Source: Azolla caroliniana
Taxonomy: Eukaryota; Plantae; Polypodiophyta
DNA: 64,000 nucleotides
Direction of reading: 5' to 3'
Assembly: GCA_043228905.1 (NCBI GenBank)
Contig: JBHGNT010000015.1
Coordinates: forward strand, 17,980,001 to 18,044,000
Part shown: piece by piece, positions 20,373 to 33,270 of the stretch
Layout: each line of letters begins with the position of its first letter
How positions within the stretch are numbered: the stretch's first letter is position 1
Position numbers and translations under genes: made by a program
The notes under the pieces: generated by a model
What the model was told of the DNA's origin: nothing
The model's database searches: none
Seen by the model: the letters and a program-made list of their open reading frames with translations, nothing else

Positions 20373-23300
20373 TGTTGGGAATCGACGACTCGATTCACCT
20401 TCACCGCTCGGCCACAACCGAGTAAGCACGAATCAATGGAGCAGAAAATAGGAACCACACGGAGAAACAAAACGCGAACACACAGGGATTAACGTGGAAA
20501 ACCCTAGACGGGAAAAAACCACGGGAGTACAAGACTCCAAACCAACACTATACAGAGAAGTATACAATGGCGAGCTGCAAGGCGACGACCTTGAGCTCGC
20601 TGTCCTCGCCACAGGCGGCGGAAATACACAGAGGCGTCGTCCTCTTCCTCTCTCACGCTCTATCTCTCTCTCTCTCTCACGGCTGCTCCCTCTTCACTCC
20701 TCTTGAGTGGAAAAACAGAAAAATGATCAGCAACACTAAAACTGTTTGCCCTAAGTCATATTTATACATATATGACTTTGGGGCTATTTACAACTATAGC
20801 CTCAGGGGCCCATAGCGAACATATTCACGGATATGTCCCTGCATCCGGATCGCTCTCCGGGTACATTCGTCATCCGGCACCGAAGCCGGGGTCTTCATCA
20901 TCCGGATCCGAAACCGAAACCGGGCTCGTCGGCATTCATCTCCGACATCCGACCATCCCATCCGAAGGGACCGTAATCCCAACAAACTCCCCCTTCACTT
21001 CGGCATGGGATGTCTTTCCAATCCGATCCTCTTCCGGCATGCTTCCAGCTTGTCGGGTGTGAGGACCTTGGTCAGCATATCCGACCCGTTCTCGTCCGTG
21101 TGGATCTTTGTCAGCACGAACTCCTTGTCTTCTATCCTTTCCCGGATCCAGTGATATCTTCGCTGGATGTGCTTCGTCCGGGAGTGATAGGCCGCGTTCT
21201 TTTCAAGGTGGATGGCGCTCTGACTATCGCAGTAGAGTCGGTACTCCTCCTGCCAGATCCCGAGCTCTCTAATGAAGTCCTTCATCCATATTATTTCCTT
21301 GCCGGCTTCAACAGCTGCCATGTACTCCGCCTCCGTGGTTGACAATGCAACCGTCTTCTGCAGCCTCGACTGCCACGAAACGGCTCCCCCTGCATACGTC
21401 ATCACATACCCTGATGTGGACCGGCTGGTATCTGCATCAGCCGACATATCCGAATCGGTGAAGCCGTCGAGTTCGGGCTTACCGGAGCCGAATCGGAGGC
21501 ACACGTTTGCCGTGCCTTTCAGGTATCGGAGTATCCACTTGGCCGCGTTCCAATGCTCTTTGCCGGGATTGCTCATGTACCGGCTCACCACTCCGACTGC
21601 ATATCCGATGTCCGGTCTCGTACACACCATGGCGTACATCAAGCTCCCGACGGCTGAGGCATACGACACTTTCATCATATCCTCCTTTTCAGCCTTTGTC
21701 TTGGGACTTTGCTTGCTGGACAGCTTGCAGTTTGCCGGGAGGGTCGATCCGACCGGTCTTGCTTCCGACATGTTGAACCGTTTAAGCACCTTTGTCACGT
21801 ACTTCTCCTGTGACAGCCACAACTGCTTCTTCTTCCGGTCCCGGATGATGTGCATCCCTAGTATTTGCCTCGCTGGACCCAAGTCCTTCATTGAGAAGGT
21901 TCGGTGAAGAGCCTTCTTCAGCATCCGTATCTTGACCTGGTCCCGTCCGACGATCAACATGTCGTCCACGTACAGGAGGAGTATTAGGAAGTCTCCTCCT
22001 TCGAACTTCTTCACAAACACGCAGTGGTCGGACTGCGTTTTGAGGTACCCTTCGTCGGTCATGAAGGAGTCGAATTTCCGGTACCATTGCCGGGGGGCCT
22101 GCTTCAGTCCGTAGAGGCTCTTCTTCAACCGGCATACCAGGTGCTCCTTCCCTTTCTTCTCGAATCCTTCCGGTTGCTGCATGTAGATCTCTTCTTCGAG
22201 GTCACCGTGAAGGAATGTCGTCTTCACGTCCATCTGTTCTACCTCGAGGTCCATGCTTGCCGCTATGCTCAGCACCGTTCGGATGGAGGTCATCTTCACT
22301 ACCGGGGCAAATATCTCGTCGAAGTCGACGCCCTTCTTCTGCTGAAACCCCTTCACCACGATCCTGGCTTTGTATCTCGGGGGGTTTCCAGCATCTCCCG
22401 GTTTCAGCTTGAACACCCATTTGTTTCGAAGTGCCCGCTTTCCTTTCGGCAACTCCACAAGTTCATATGTGTGGTTCTCATGCAGGGAATCCATCTCGTC
22501 CTGCATGGCACTCAACCACCTGCGGCTCTAGGTGTCGTGCTTTGCTTCTTCAAAGCTCTCCGACTCCCCCTCGTCGGTTAGCAGCACGTGCTCTGGATCC
22601 GGAAATCTCCGGGGGGCCCTCCTCTCTCTTAGAGGATATCTCCGTTCGGGAGCTTCGGTAACCGGTTCTTCCGATTCTTCTTCTTCATCCGAATCCATTT
22701 CGGGATCGGGGCCGGTTCCGGTATCATTTTCATCTTCTTCGGCCGGTTCTGTTTCTTCACCGTCTTCGGCCGGATCCTCGAGTGCTAACCGGTCCCTTGC
22801 CGGTCGGGACTGCTCCTCATAAAGTTGATCCTCACCGGTTGACTTGGAGCTCTTCATCTTCTTCTCCGACTCCCAGTCGGCGAGTGTCTTGTTCTCCATG
22901 AAGATGATATCACGACTCCGGAATATCTTCTTGTCAACCGGGTCCCATACTCGGTAGCCGAACTCGTCATCGCCGTAACCGAGGAATATGCATGGCCGGG
23001 TCTTTGGATCTAGCTTTCCTCTCCAGTCCTTTGCCACATGTACGTATGCGAGACACCCGAACACCTTCAGATGCCGGTAGGACACTTCCCTACCGGTCCA
23101 CACTCTCTGCGGCGTGTCTCCGTCCAAAGGTACTGAGGGTGATCTGTTTATCACGTATGTCGCCGTCGACATCGCCTCAGCCCAAAACCCCTTGGGTAAT
23201 TCCGCATGCGCCAGCATACTCCGGACCCTCTCCATTATGGTCCGGTTCATCCTCTCGGCCAGCCCGTTCAGTTCCGGCGTCTTCGGCACAGTAAACTCGA

Positions 23301-25713
23301 GCCGGATTCCCTTCAAGCGACAGTACTCCGCGAACTGCCCCCGGTATTCCCCTCCGTTATCCGCTCGTATCGCTTTCAGCTTCTTGCCGGATTCCCTTTC
23401 CACTCTCGCGTGGAGTTCTTTGAAGACGGACAACACTTGGTCCTTTGTCTTCATCGGTGCCGTCCACAGTTTTCGGCTATGATCATCGATGAATGTTACG
23501 AAGTACTGGGCTCCGCCATGTGACTTCGTTTCTACCTGACACACATCAGTGTGCACCAACTCCAATGGTGCGCTACGTCTCGTCGGTGGCCTTGAGTGGA
23601 AGGAGGTTCGGTTCTGCTTACCGGCCAGGCAATCGGTGCACTTCTCCAGGTGCACATGCTTCACTGGGATAAGGTTGTCTTCTGCAAGCCTCTTCATCCC
23701 CTTCTCACTCATGTGGCACAGTCTCTTGTGCCACAGCTCACCGGCAGTGTCGGCTGCCACGTTCAACTCTTCCGGACACAACCGGGCATTCATCAGGTAC
23801 AGTGTGTTGTCTTTCCGGGCCCGAGCCACTATCAGGCTCCCCTTGCTGAACTTCATTACGCCGTTCCGGATGCTACCTGTGTAGCCTTCATCGTCTAGCC
23901 TCCCGGCCGAAATCAGGTTCAATCGAACCTCCGGAACGTGTCGGACATCCTTCAGCAGCATTTTGCATCCGGTCGGGGTTGTCAACCACACGTCTCCGAT
24001 GCCGGCAATCCGGCACGTACCTTCATTTCCCATCCGAACACAGCCATGCTCACCGGCTGTGTAGGATGAGAAGTATCTTCTCTCCGGGGTCAGGTGGAAC
24101 GATGCTCCGGAATCGACCACCCAGGTCGTCTCATTGTCGGCAATGTTTAGTTCACCTTCTTCGGTGATGAGCATGATTTCTTCCTCACTTGCCGCGAGTA
24201 CCGTCGTTCCTTTCCGGTCCTGCCCTCGCCGATCCGAACCTCTCCGGTCCGTGGCTCCCCGGTATGCACCGTTTCTCTCCGGTGACTTCTTCGAATCGGT
24301 GTCGTCGGCTCCGTTGTCTTTTCGGTAGTGCCGACAATTCTTTCGGAAGTGCCCCGGCTTCCCACAGTGGAAGCATGTGGGCCTTCCTCTTGACTGCGAC
24401 CGGGTCCCCGACTTCTCCCGTCTTTGCAGACTCCGGTTCCATTGTCTTCCCCGATCCGATTCGGTAAGCAGCGCCTTCGAGTCGGAGGCCGGTTCTTTAT
24501 CTCTCCGACGCGCTTCTTCGTTCAAAATACTTGTCTTTACCGTTTGTAAGGACAAGTTATCTTCGGTGCAGGAGGTGCTGAAAGTCACCACCAAGTTCTC
24601 CCAGCTTTCCGGCAATGTACACATCAGAATGATGGCTTGCATTGCATCCTCCAGCGGGAACTTGATCGCCGCAAGCTGGTTCACGAATCCCATGAACGTG
24701 CTTACGTGTTCCACCATACTCTCGCCGTCCCGGTACTTGAGATTCACTATCTTCCTCATCAGGGAGGTCCGGTTCAATGCATTCTTCCTCTCATAGAGGC
24801 CCGACAGCTTCCGCCACATCTCATATGCATTGGTGTCGTTCGCCACATGTTGTAGAACGCTCACGTCTACGTATTGCCGAATGGTTGCAACGGCTTTCCG
24901 GTTCAGAAGCCTCCATTCTGACTCAAGTACCCCCTTCGGTATTTCCGACCTGTCAATCGGTTCGTACAGGTCCCGAACAATCAGAAGATCCTCCATCTTG
25001 ATCTTCCAGTCGGCGTAATTCTGCGCATTCAGCACCATCATCCCCGGCTGCCCGCTGCCGCCGCCTTCCATTTTCTGCAGCAACCCGCTCTGATACCAGT
25101 TTGTTGGGAATCGACGACTCGATTCACCTTCACCGCTCGGCCACAACCGAGTAAGCACGAATCAATGGAGCAGAAAATAGGAACCACACGGAGAAACAAA
25201 ACGCGAACACACAGGGATTAACGTGGAAAACCCTAGACGGGAAAAAACCACGGGAGTACAAGACTCCAAACCAACACTATACAGAGAAGTATACAATGGC
25301 GAGCTGCAAGGCGACGACCTTGAGCTCGCTGTCCTCGCCACAGGCGGCGGAAATACACAGAGGCGTCGTCCTCTTCCTCTCTCACGCTCTATCTCTCTCT
25401 CTCTCTCACGGCTGCTCCCTCTTCACTCCTCTTGAGTGGAAAAACAGAAAAATGATCAGCAACACTAAAACTGTTTGCCCTAAGTCATATTTATACATAT
25501 ATGACTTTGGGGCTATTTACAACTATAGCCTCAGGGGCCCATAGCGAACATATTCACGGATATGTCCCTGCATCCGGATCGCTCTCCGGGTACATTCGTC
25601 ATCCGGCACCGAAGCCGGGGTCTTCATCATCCGGATCCGAAACCGAAACCGGGCTCGTCGGCATTCATCTCCGACATCCGACCATCCCATCCGAAGGGAC
25701 CGTAATCCCAACA
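20373..25713 (-). mobile_element. Complete Ty1/copia LTR retrotransposon (Tto1/Tnt1-like), very recent insertion
   Basis: LTRs 25102-25713 and 20373-20984 (612 bp, no difference seen), TSD TAAAG (20368-20372 / 25714-25718), PBS TGGTATCAGAGC (tRNA-iMet) 25087-25098, PPT at ~20987-21000, gag-PR-IN-RT-RH order. Confidence 0.99.
20995..25071 (-). pseudogene. copia gag-pol polyprotein with one in-frame TAG between integrase and RT
   Basis: ATG at 25071, Zn knuckle CFHCGKPGHFRKNC, protease WVVDSGAS, integrase HKRLCH/CTDC/DDE. ORFs 22528-25158 and 20995-22515 share one frame and are separated only by TAG at 22528-22530. Confidence 0.92.
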
Positions 25714-26109
25714 TAAAGTTGGTATTAGAACAACTATTAGAATCTTAATTAATGTTAAGAAAAAGTAAAGAGGAAAATAAGGAAGAAGCATCAGTCCACG
25801 CTCTAGCAAAGGTGAGCGACGGATCCAAGTCCCTTGCCTCACCTTTGACTATGTTTTATCGTTGACTCCACCTTACCTTCACCTGCATTGTCATGATGTG
25901 GGAAATGTATAGGAGGCAATCAATTGAAATAGGAATATTAAAAAGTTTGAATGATAGATCGAGGATGTGATAAAAAGAGGATGAAAAAGACATATTTTAA
26001 GTTAGAGCTGAAAACAGCAAATAAAAAAGCATCAGGCCTCAAAAGGAAAAGTAGAGCATGTAAATGGGAAAGAAAGCATGGTGCACGCTAAAATAAAAAA
26101 GCACCCACT

Positions 26110-26560
26110 AACTGTAGAGCCTTTGACTCTAACAATCTTTAGACTCTACAGAGCCTTCGAGTATGACGATCTTTCGACTCTTAGGATCTTTTGACTCTGG
26201 GTTATATTCAACTCTGACTAGACTTCAACCCTGATTTATCTTCGACTCTTAGGATCTTTTTACTCTTAGGATCTTTCAACTCGGACAAGCCTTTGAATCA
26301 TCCATCCTCTTTACTTCAAGTCCCCGGTGGTCCAACTTAAGTAGCACGCATATGCATGTAACTTTGCGACACCACATTCGCCTTACCTTCGACTCTGCCT
26401 TCCCTTTGACTCTAGAGAGGTTTCGACTTTGAGGTGCCTTCGACTCTAACGAGCCTTTTGAGTCTAAGGAACCTTCAATTCTCAAGAGTCTTCGAGTCTA
26501 AAGAGCACTCGACTCTCAATCGAGTCCGTCTCGATCCCTTCGCTCGGGGGTGGTCGGGTG
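26110..26560. repeat. Degenerate short-period (TCGACTCT-like) repeat region, probable old TE remnant
   Basis: Many variants of CTTCGACTCT / TTTGACTCT recurring at irregular spacing. Confidence 0.55.
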
Positions 26561-27349
26561 GATCGACACCCTTCTTTCTCTCTCTCCTTTCTATCTATTT
26601 ATCTATTTTCTATCCTTATCTAATGCTTACATTAGTCTATGTCTCTAACAATAACCTTCAAGTCAGCCAACGTCTCATCCTCTTTGGTTCAAGTCTCTCG
26701 TGGTCCCACTCAAATTTCACACACAAGCACGTAACTTTGTGACACTAGTGTTCTATACCATCGTGTACATACATAGATTGGGTTTGAAGAAGAAGGAGAT
26801 GCATGAGTATGAAGCTAGAGCTTTGCCACATTGTCAAAGGCTCTATCTCAAAACAATAAAGAAAGAGATGCCCCTTCATGAAGGTAGCTAGCCTTCTTAT
26901 ATACAATCCTGCATTACAATGTCTTTCTCAAGAATAGCGTTTTCTCAACTATTTGTTGTCCATGTTACTTTTTGTCTCCTCTTCAACTATCTCATGTAAG
27001 ATTTCCTCTTCAATTTTGATGATAAGAGTTGGTAACTTTCACAATCCACCCACATGTTGGGTTTGTGAAAAGGTTGGCTTTTGGTTAACATGTGACAAAG
27101 CAACTCAACAATATAGGATCAAGCAATACACTATAATGCATTCATTCATTCCATAAGTAAATTAAAAATGAAAATTATCTGTATCATGAAGTTCATTCTT
27201 GTCAATTAAATTTGGCACTCTTCAGATATGAAATTGCCCACAAATGGTGTGCTTGTGTGCCTGTTACAATGAAGTTTTGCACTACAAACTATATAGGTTA
27301 GTGGAATTATTTTTTTCTCTGAGAACTTGTGTAATAATAATAATGAAAT

Positions 27350-29991
27350 TCAAAGCTCAGTGTGCGTAATTGAAGATACATTTTTTGTGGATATAGTGCA
27401 TTCTGGTAGAGGAGTTGGATATCGTTGACTATCTTGGCAATAATCATACGTCATGTAGTTTTCTTGGACCCATTGTACACTTTGTTTTTGTTGTTGTGTT
27501 AATTGTGATGGAATAATTGACTGGTTTTTAAACTCTGGAGCACACATTGGAGGTAAGAGGGAGCTAGGTTGAGGTAATGCACACCCATTGACAATGAAGT
27601 TTGAATAATATGCAATGAAAGGCGCATAGGTGAAATTTGCTTTATACTTTCCACCATGGGTGGCCCAATCAGATCCATCCCATATAGTGGCATATGCATA
27701 CATTTGCTTTGCTGGAAATTGTCCACCCAAAGAAGGTATATTTGGAAATTCTCGAATTGGTATATCATCAACGTACAAGCTAATTAAGCCAATAGATTTG
27801 TCAAATGCATGTCAAAAAACACATGCAAATTTGTGAGTATAAAGCATTATGCATGAACTTATGATCAAATAATGGATGTAAGCTAGAAATATGGAAACCA
27901 GAAGGCATGATGTTTTGATCATACAATGGTAATGGTTGGCCTAGTTCAATTCAAAATGATTAATCCAAATATATTATTATACGTTTTATTGAAACAGACT
28001 ATTATGAATTAATTTAGAGTACCACATGGTTCTAATGTTTTAAATCTTTATAAATAGTGTATTATCTGGAGTTTGTTTTGTGCCCAAAACGCTCTTTTAT
28101 GTTATCGTAGCTTTTTAGGCCTTGTATGCACAATATATGATCAGAAATAATCTATAAAAATACGCTAGTTCACTCAACTATTAGAATATCACTTTCATAT
28201 GAAAAGAGACATTGGTTCAAGCCTAGTAGTAAGTGAAGCTTATTAGAAGCCATGATCTTGATTATTGGGATTGATATCTACTAAAGTCTACCAATTTGTG
28301 ATATTTACATGGTTGTGTCTTTTAAGCCTCAATAGATATGCAAGAGAAAAAGTAACTCAATTAACATTTCGGAAAAACAAAATAAAAACCTAATATGTTT
28401 TCTAAGATCTTAATAAAAATATATTGTATCATTTAGCCTATCTGGTATACCTTGGGGTCCTCGAAATGAGAAACACTTTCTATGCCTAAACAAAATGATT
28501 CTTTAATTTTAGACTAGTAGAGCATAGAGTTATAAGTTTTTAAACATATAGCCTCTCCAATTTGAGTATAGTAGAATCCGTAGGTAATATGCTTTTAAGT
28601 AGAGCAAACTCTTCGATATGAGTTTGGTCGAAGTTGGCACATTGCACCTAAATGTTCATATGGTAATGATTCAATTCTAGTGTAGTTGATGAAGGTTGCT
28701 TAAGATACTATATTTCCCAATCAAAATGTTTTTGTTTCATCCATGGCTAATAATTTCCCTTAATGAATGCACATTACCTTGAAGTGAAATAATAAATAAT
28801 TATTCTCAATCAACATCAAAATTGTGAGTGCTAAAAACCTTACACTATATGTTCAGATGTCCAAAGAATACTATAGTCATGATAATCAGTCGTGGGATCA
28901 AACCAAAGGCGAAGCCTTTGTTCTCTTCCCGTGTTTGTGCTCCCATTTCCATAAACATTGGTCTGTAGTATGTAATCTTCACCTGGTATTCTACCCAAGA
29001 ACTCAAAATCTATCTCATCATGATTATCTGGATATATTTCTGCATTTGATGTCTGTTTCATCAAGAGATGAAAAATAGTTACCTCCAATGTGAGCTGGAT
29101 AGATTATATATTAGCATAAGAATTTAATTTGAGTTACTAAATGTTTTTTATTCACTCATTTATGCCATCTATAATCTTAAATAATAAGTTATTTCATTGT
29201 AATGTGCATCATTAAGTAGTGAGACAAATGAGAATCAATGTAAATAATATCAAGTATTAAAGTTGGGTATGGGCCTTAAGGTTTTCTAATTTTTTGTTGG
29301 TATAGCAAAGTTGATATCTTGACATGCCTACACTAATCATACTCTTAATTGTTGTGGATGATAGCACACTAAACATTGTCCTCTTTAAACATACATAGAA
29401 AGTTGTAATTACTCCAGCCGTATAGTCGTTCTTAGGGAGCTTTATTGCAGCATTGAAGAAAGCATACACATATGTTGTTTTTGTTTTGAAACCTGTTCCT
29501 GTGAACACTCCAAATTTGACAGTGTAAAGTGGATGTCACAGTAAGTTATCAATATAGAAGTTAATATCATCATTATTTTCTTCTAATGTATGATGTGGCA
29601 AACATTTTGCACTATTGATGTGTGTGCACATAAGAATAACCATGAAGTGCAATCAAAACATTCAAACAAATATATGCAATGAACTAATTTGAGCTTTTGA
29701 ACCGTGGAACTTTCGATTATGAAATCGAAGTGACGTGAGTAAGATATTATAACCTGAGGATGCATCCAACATGATATTGACATGATTTTGGTCATCTGAT
29801 ATGAATTCATGATCCGGAGCCCAAATGTTAGCAAAGCCCTTGTTGTATAAAGTGCATGGCAACAAGCTTGTGAGAGGAGAATTTGTAGGTGGAGGGGCTT
29901 CTAGCTTACATTTATCTCCATTAATGGGTACGTTTTTCACGCATATGGCTAAAACCATCAAAAATAAGAATGAAAATGAAATTTGGGCCAT
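27350..29991 (-). CDS. XTH: Xyloglucan endotransglucosylase/hydrolase (GH16 + XET_C), 4 exons
   Basis: Exons 29991-29754, 29498-29395, 29052-28844, 27779-27350 with GT-AG introns. Signal peptide, catalytic [31 protein letters not shown]...PEC. Confidence 0.96.
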
Positions 29992-32396
29992 CTATTTCTA
30001 TGCTCTACCTTTGAGGGCCAATGCTCTCTTATACAATCAAATGACCCCATACAATGTAATATGTCACTTGCTCATTGTTTTATGATGTAATTATGTTGCC
30101 AATTGCGTACACTAACAAATTGAAATCATCCTTACAAGTTACAACTTTGTTTTTATGTGTTTTGCCTCCATTCTACTCTTATGAATATACGTTTTTTTTC
30201 GATTTGTTCTATCAATCAATGAATTTATTATGCTATTAGAGTTTTCAACTCATGGTGTTAATATACTTTGAAGGATAAAAAACAATAAACATATTGTATA
30301 TAATATGGAATGATGTATGTATTTGTAGGTCGAATCAACCAAATTAACTATAATTACATTTTGTACAACAAAGCTTCATGGGTGTATCAAATTGCATGTA
30401 TGCGATTTGGTAAATGAAAATATTATACTTATTTGTCATTGGTTCACTTTGTATCTAAGTTTTGGGAAGCAAGATACAAGTTTATTACATACTAAGTAGT
30501 AAATAGTTAGTAAGAGAGAAAAGATACATGCCGCAAGTGCAATGTTTGATAGTTGAAGGCATTTAATTATTATAAATGTACTACAAGTTGCCATGTGCGA
30601 TCCCCACAACACGTTCTCCCCTCAATTAGAATACGTATTGCTTCCATTATGTTACAACGTGATTTTGATTAGTATGTTTTGTACATGATGGGGTCTATTT
30701 CAATTTCTACATTAGTTCTTTAACGTAAACACATTTGACTTAGAAGAAGGCACGTGCTTATGCTACACATATTCAACATAGGATATGAACCAAGGAAAAC
30801 CTATTTTGAGCCTCCTCAATTTCTTTTAGTGAAAGACATAAATAAGCACATGTTGCATGGCTTGACTTAGACAATCGGTGGGAGAAGGATTACCCCAAGA
30901 TTTTGGGTGGTTAGTATTTCTCTTGACCTTAAACTATCATTGTAAATTATTGATTTTAATTAACCTAACTAGTAATCAATATTATGATAAACATCAATGT
31001 AGTTCTATTTGGGCCCTTATAACACCATTAAATTTGTAGCACGAGGATGGAAAAGTGTCCATAGTTTCCATTTTATCACGCTTTTTGCACACACTTTGCC
31101 AAGGCTTGGCTTTCTCTAAAGAGTATTAACAATGTAAGTTGTGTTTTCATGGTATTTGGAAGCCCTTGTATCTAACAACATTACAAAGAAGCACATGGGA
31201 CATTTGGTTGGTCGAAGGAGCTTGATGATATGATTAAAAGTAAACGACCTCTAGCTTGATGACAACATGAATTTAGGTGAGGCTACGAGTTTAGAGGAAT
31301 TTTGACTTGTGTGTTACAATAACAATAGTAAAGCTTTAGAAAATTGTTGCGCAACGTTAAATTTGGTTTTCATGATAAAATGTCAACATATAGTGAGCAA
31401 TAACTCAATATCTTGGGTTTCCAACACAACGAAATAATGCAAAAAACATTAGATGTAGTAGAGCTTCTCGATTAGGTATTACAAAACTTGAATTAAGGTT
31501 ATATGATATTGTAATGACGTAGATGCTAATACATTAATATTCAATTAAGGTTCAACAATCCCTTAATAATTAGTTTAGAATTCACGTTGTACTTGGCGAA
31601 CTTTAGATGATTGATCAATGGAGACAACATATGTTGATAATGATTGTCTCAACTTGAAGACTTAAACGTTGGTTCCCAATGAATAATCTCCTTTTTCTTA
31701 TGTATTTGAAACTAGATCATATTTTTAAATTGTAATGCAAGTAAAACCATATCGAGTTTCAATCTCAAGACCTCTCATACTAGAGAGCAACATCACTATT
31801 TGAAACATGTCTTAGGCAAATGCCTAGTTGTATAATCATAAGTGGAATCAAAATACCCATTGAAAGGGAGAAAACTTTCCATGGGCCCAATATGATAATA
31901 TAGTGAAAAATGTTATGAACCCATTTGCGAAGCTAGGAAAGGTTTGAGTCAAAAGTTTGTGCGTATGGATTCAGTACCAAACGAGACTATCCATCTTTAA
32001 CACCAAGATTTTGGAGGTGGTGTTATACTCTCACATTCAATTAGTTTTTGTCGAAATGATAACTAGCCTTGACAGCTACAATGTGAGTATGAATCATGTT
32101 CTAAGAAATAAGGTATAACGCAAAAAGAACAACAATGGGGAGGGGGGGGAGGAGGAAACCTTGAGTCTTTCATTATTTCTTTAAATGCCGTCGACGTTCT
32201 TGCAATATTCCCAAATGCCCTTAGGTGTGAATCCCAGGGTGTTGGCTATGTTCCCAAACGGGGCCTCAATGAAATCTTCCCAAGGTTTATCTTTTCGGGA
32301 CGTGACCAAGCTTGCCAACTACCGAACAACCCAAACCACCTCAAGAGTGATTGCAAGCGGGACAATAGTTGTGTGCATAGGGGTAAAAATGAACCA

Positions 32397-32768
32397 ATGT
32401 ATGTATGTACGTACGTATGCATGTATGTGTATGTATGTATGTATGTATGCATTTATGTGTATGTATGCATGCATGCATGTATGGATGGATGGATGTATGT
32501 ATGTATGTATGTATGTATGTATGTATGTATGTATGTATGTATGTATGTATGTATGTATGTATGTATGTATGTATGTATGTATGTGATGTATGTATGTATG
32601 TATGTATGTATGTATGCATGGATGGATGTATGTATGTATGTATGTATGTATGTATGTATGTATGTATGTATGTATGTATGTATGTATGTATGTGATGTAT
32701 GTATGTATGGATGGATGTATGTATGTATGTATGTATGTATGTATGTATGTATGTATGTATGTATGTAT
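32397..32768. repeat. (ATGT)n microsatellite, ~370 bp
   Basis: Directly visible, with periodic ATGG interruptions. Confidence 0.98.
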
Positions 32769-33270
32769 GGGGCATTTGGGGAAATAAGGAAAACACAGGG
32801 GTACCCTCAAACCTACCTCTCAACGTCAACGTTGCGTAGAAGAAGAAGAAGAAGCAGGAGAAAAGACAAGCGAGAGGGAAGCAGAAGAAAAGAGAGGTCG
32901 AAGGGAAGGCCACGAAGAAGGACGAGAAAATTCGGGGTTTCCACTGTGGAGAGTCAGATAGAGGAAATTAGGGTTCCCGCAGAGAGTCGAAACAAGATAA
33001 AACAAAGAAAAAGAAGAAGGATTAAGGTTTTGTACCGGGGCAACAAACGGAAGGAGAAGAAAGAAGGAACGAAGAAGGAAGCTACAGAATAAAGAGAGGT
33101 TGGGTCTGCAAAGCGAGAGAGAAGAACCCAGAAATTAGGGTTGGGCGTTAGCACGGTTGGGAATTTGAAGAAAGCAGGGTTTGGGTTATTGGATTTTGAC
33201 GAAAATTAGGATCAGGTTTATTGGGTTTTGAAGAAATTGGGTTAGGATTATTGGTGAGAGTTTTTGAGAT

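Noticed and set aside
19628-20470. Overlapping ORFs of 80-239 aa
   Set aside because: They arise from GC-rich (GAC)n/(GA)n low-complexity sequence and the LTR edge; no recognisable domain.
21010-25018. Many antisense ORFs over the copia element
   Set aside because: Expected shadow ORFs of a GC-rich coding region.
32246-33092. MYVC/HTYI-repeat ORFs up to 239 aa
   Set aside because: Translations of the (ATGT)n microsatellite.
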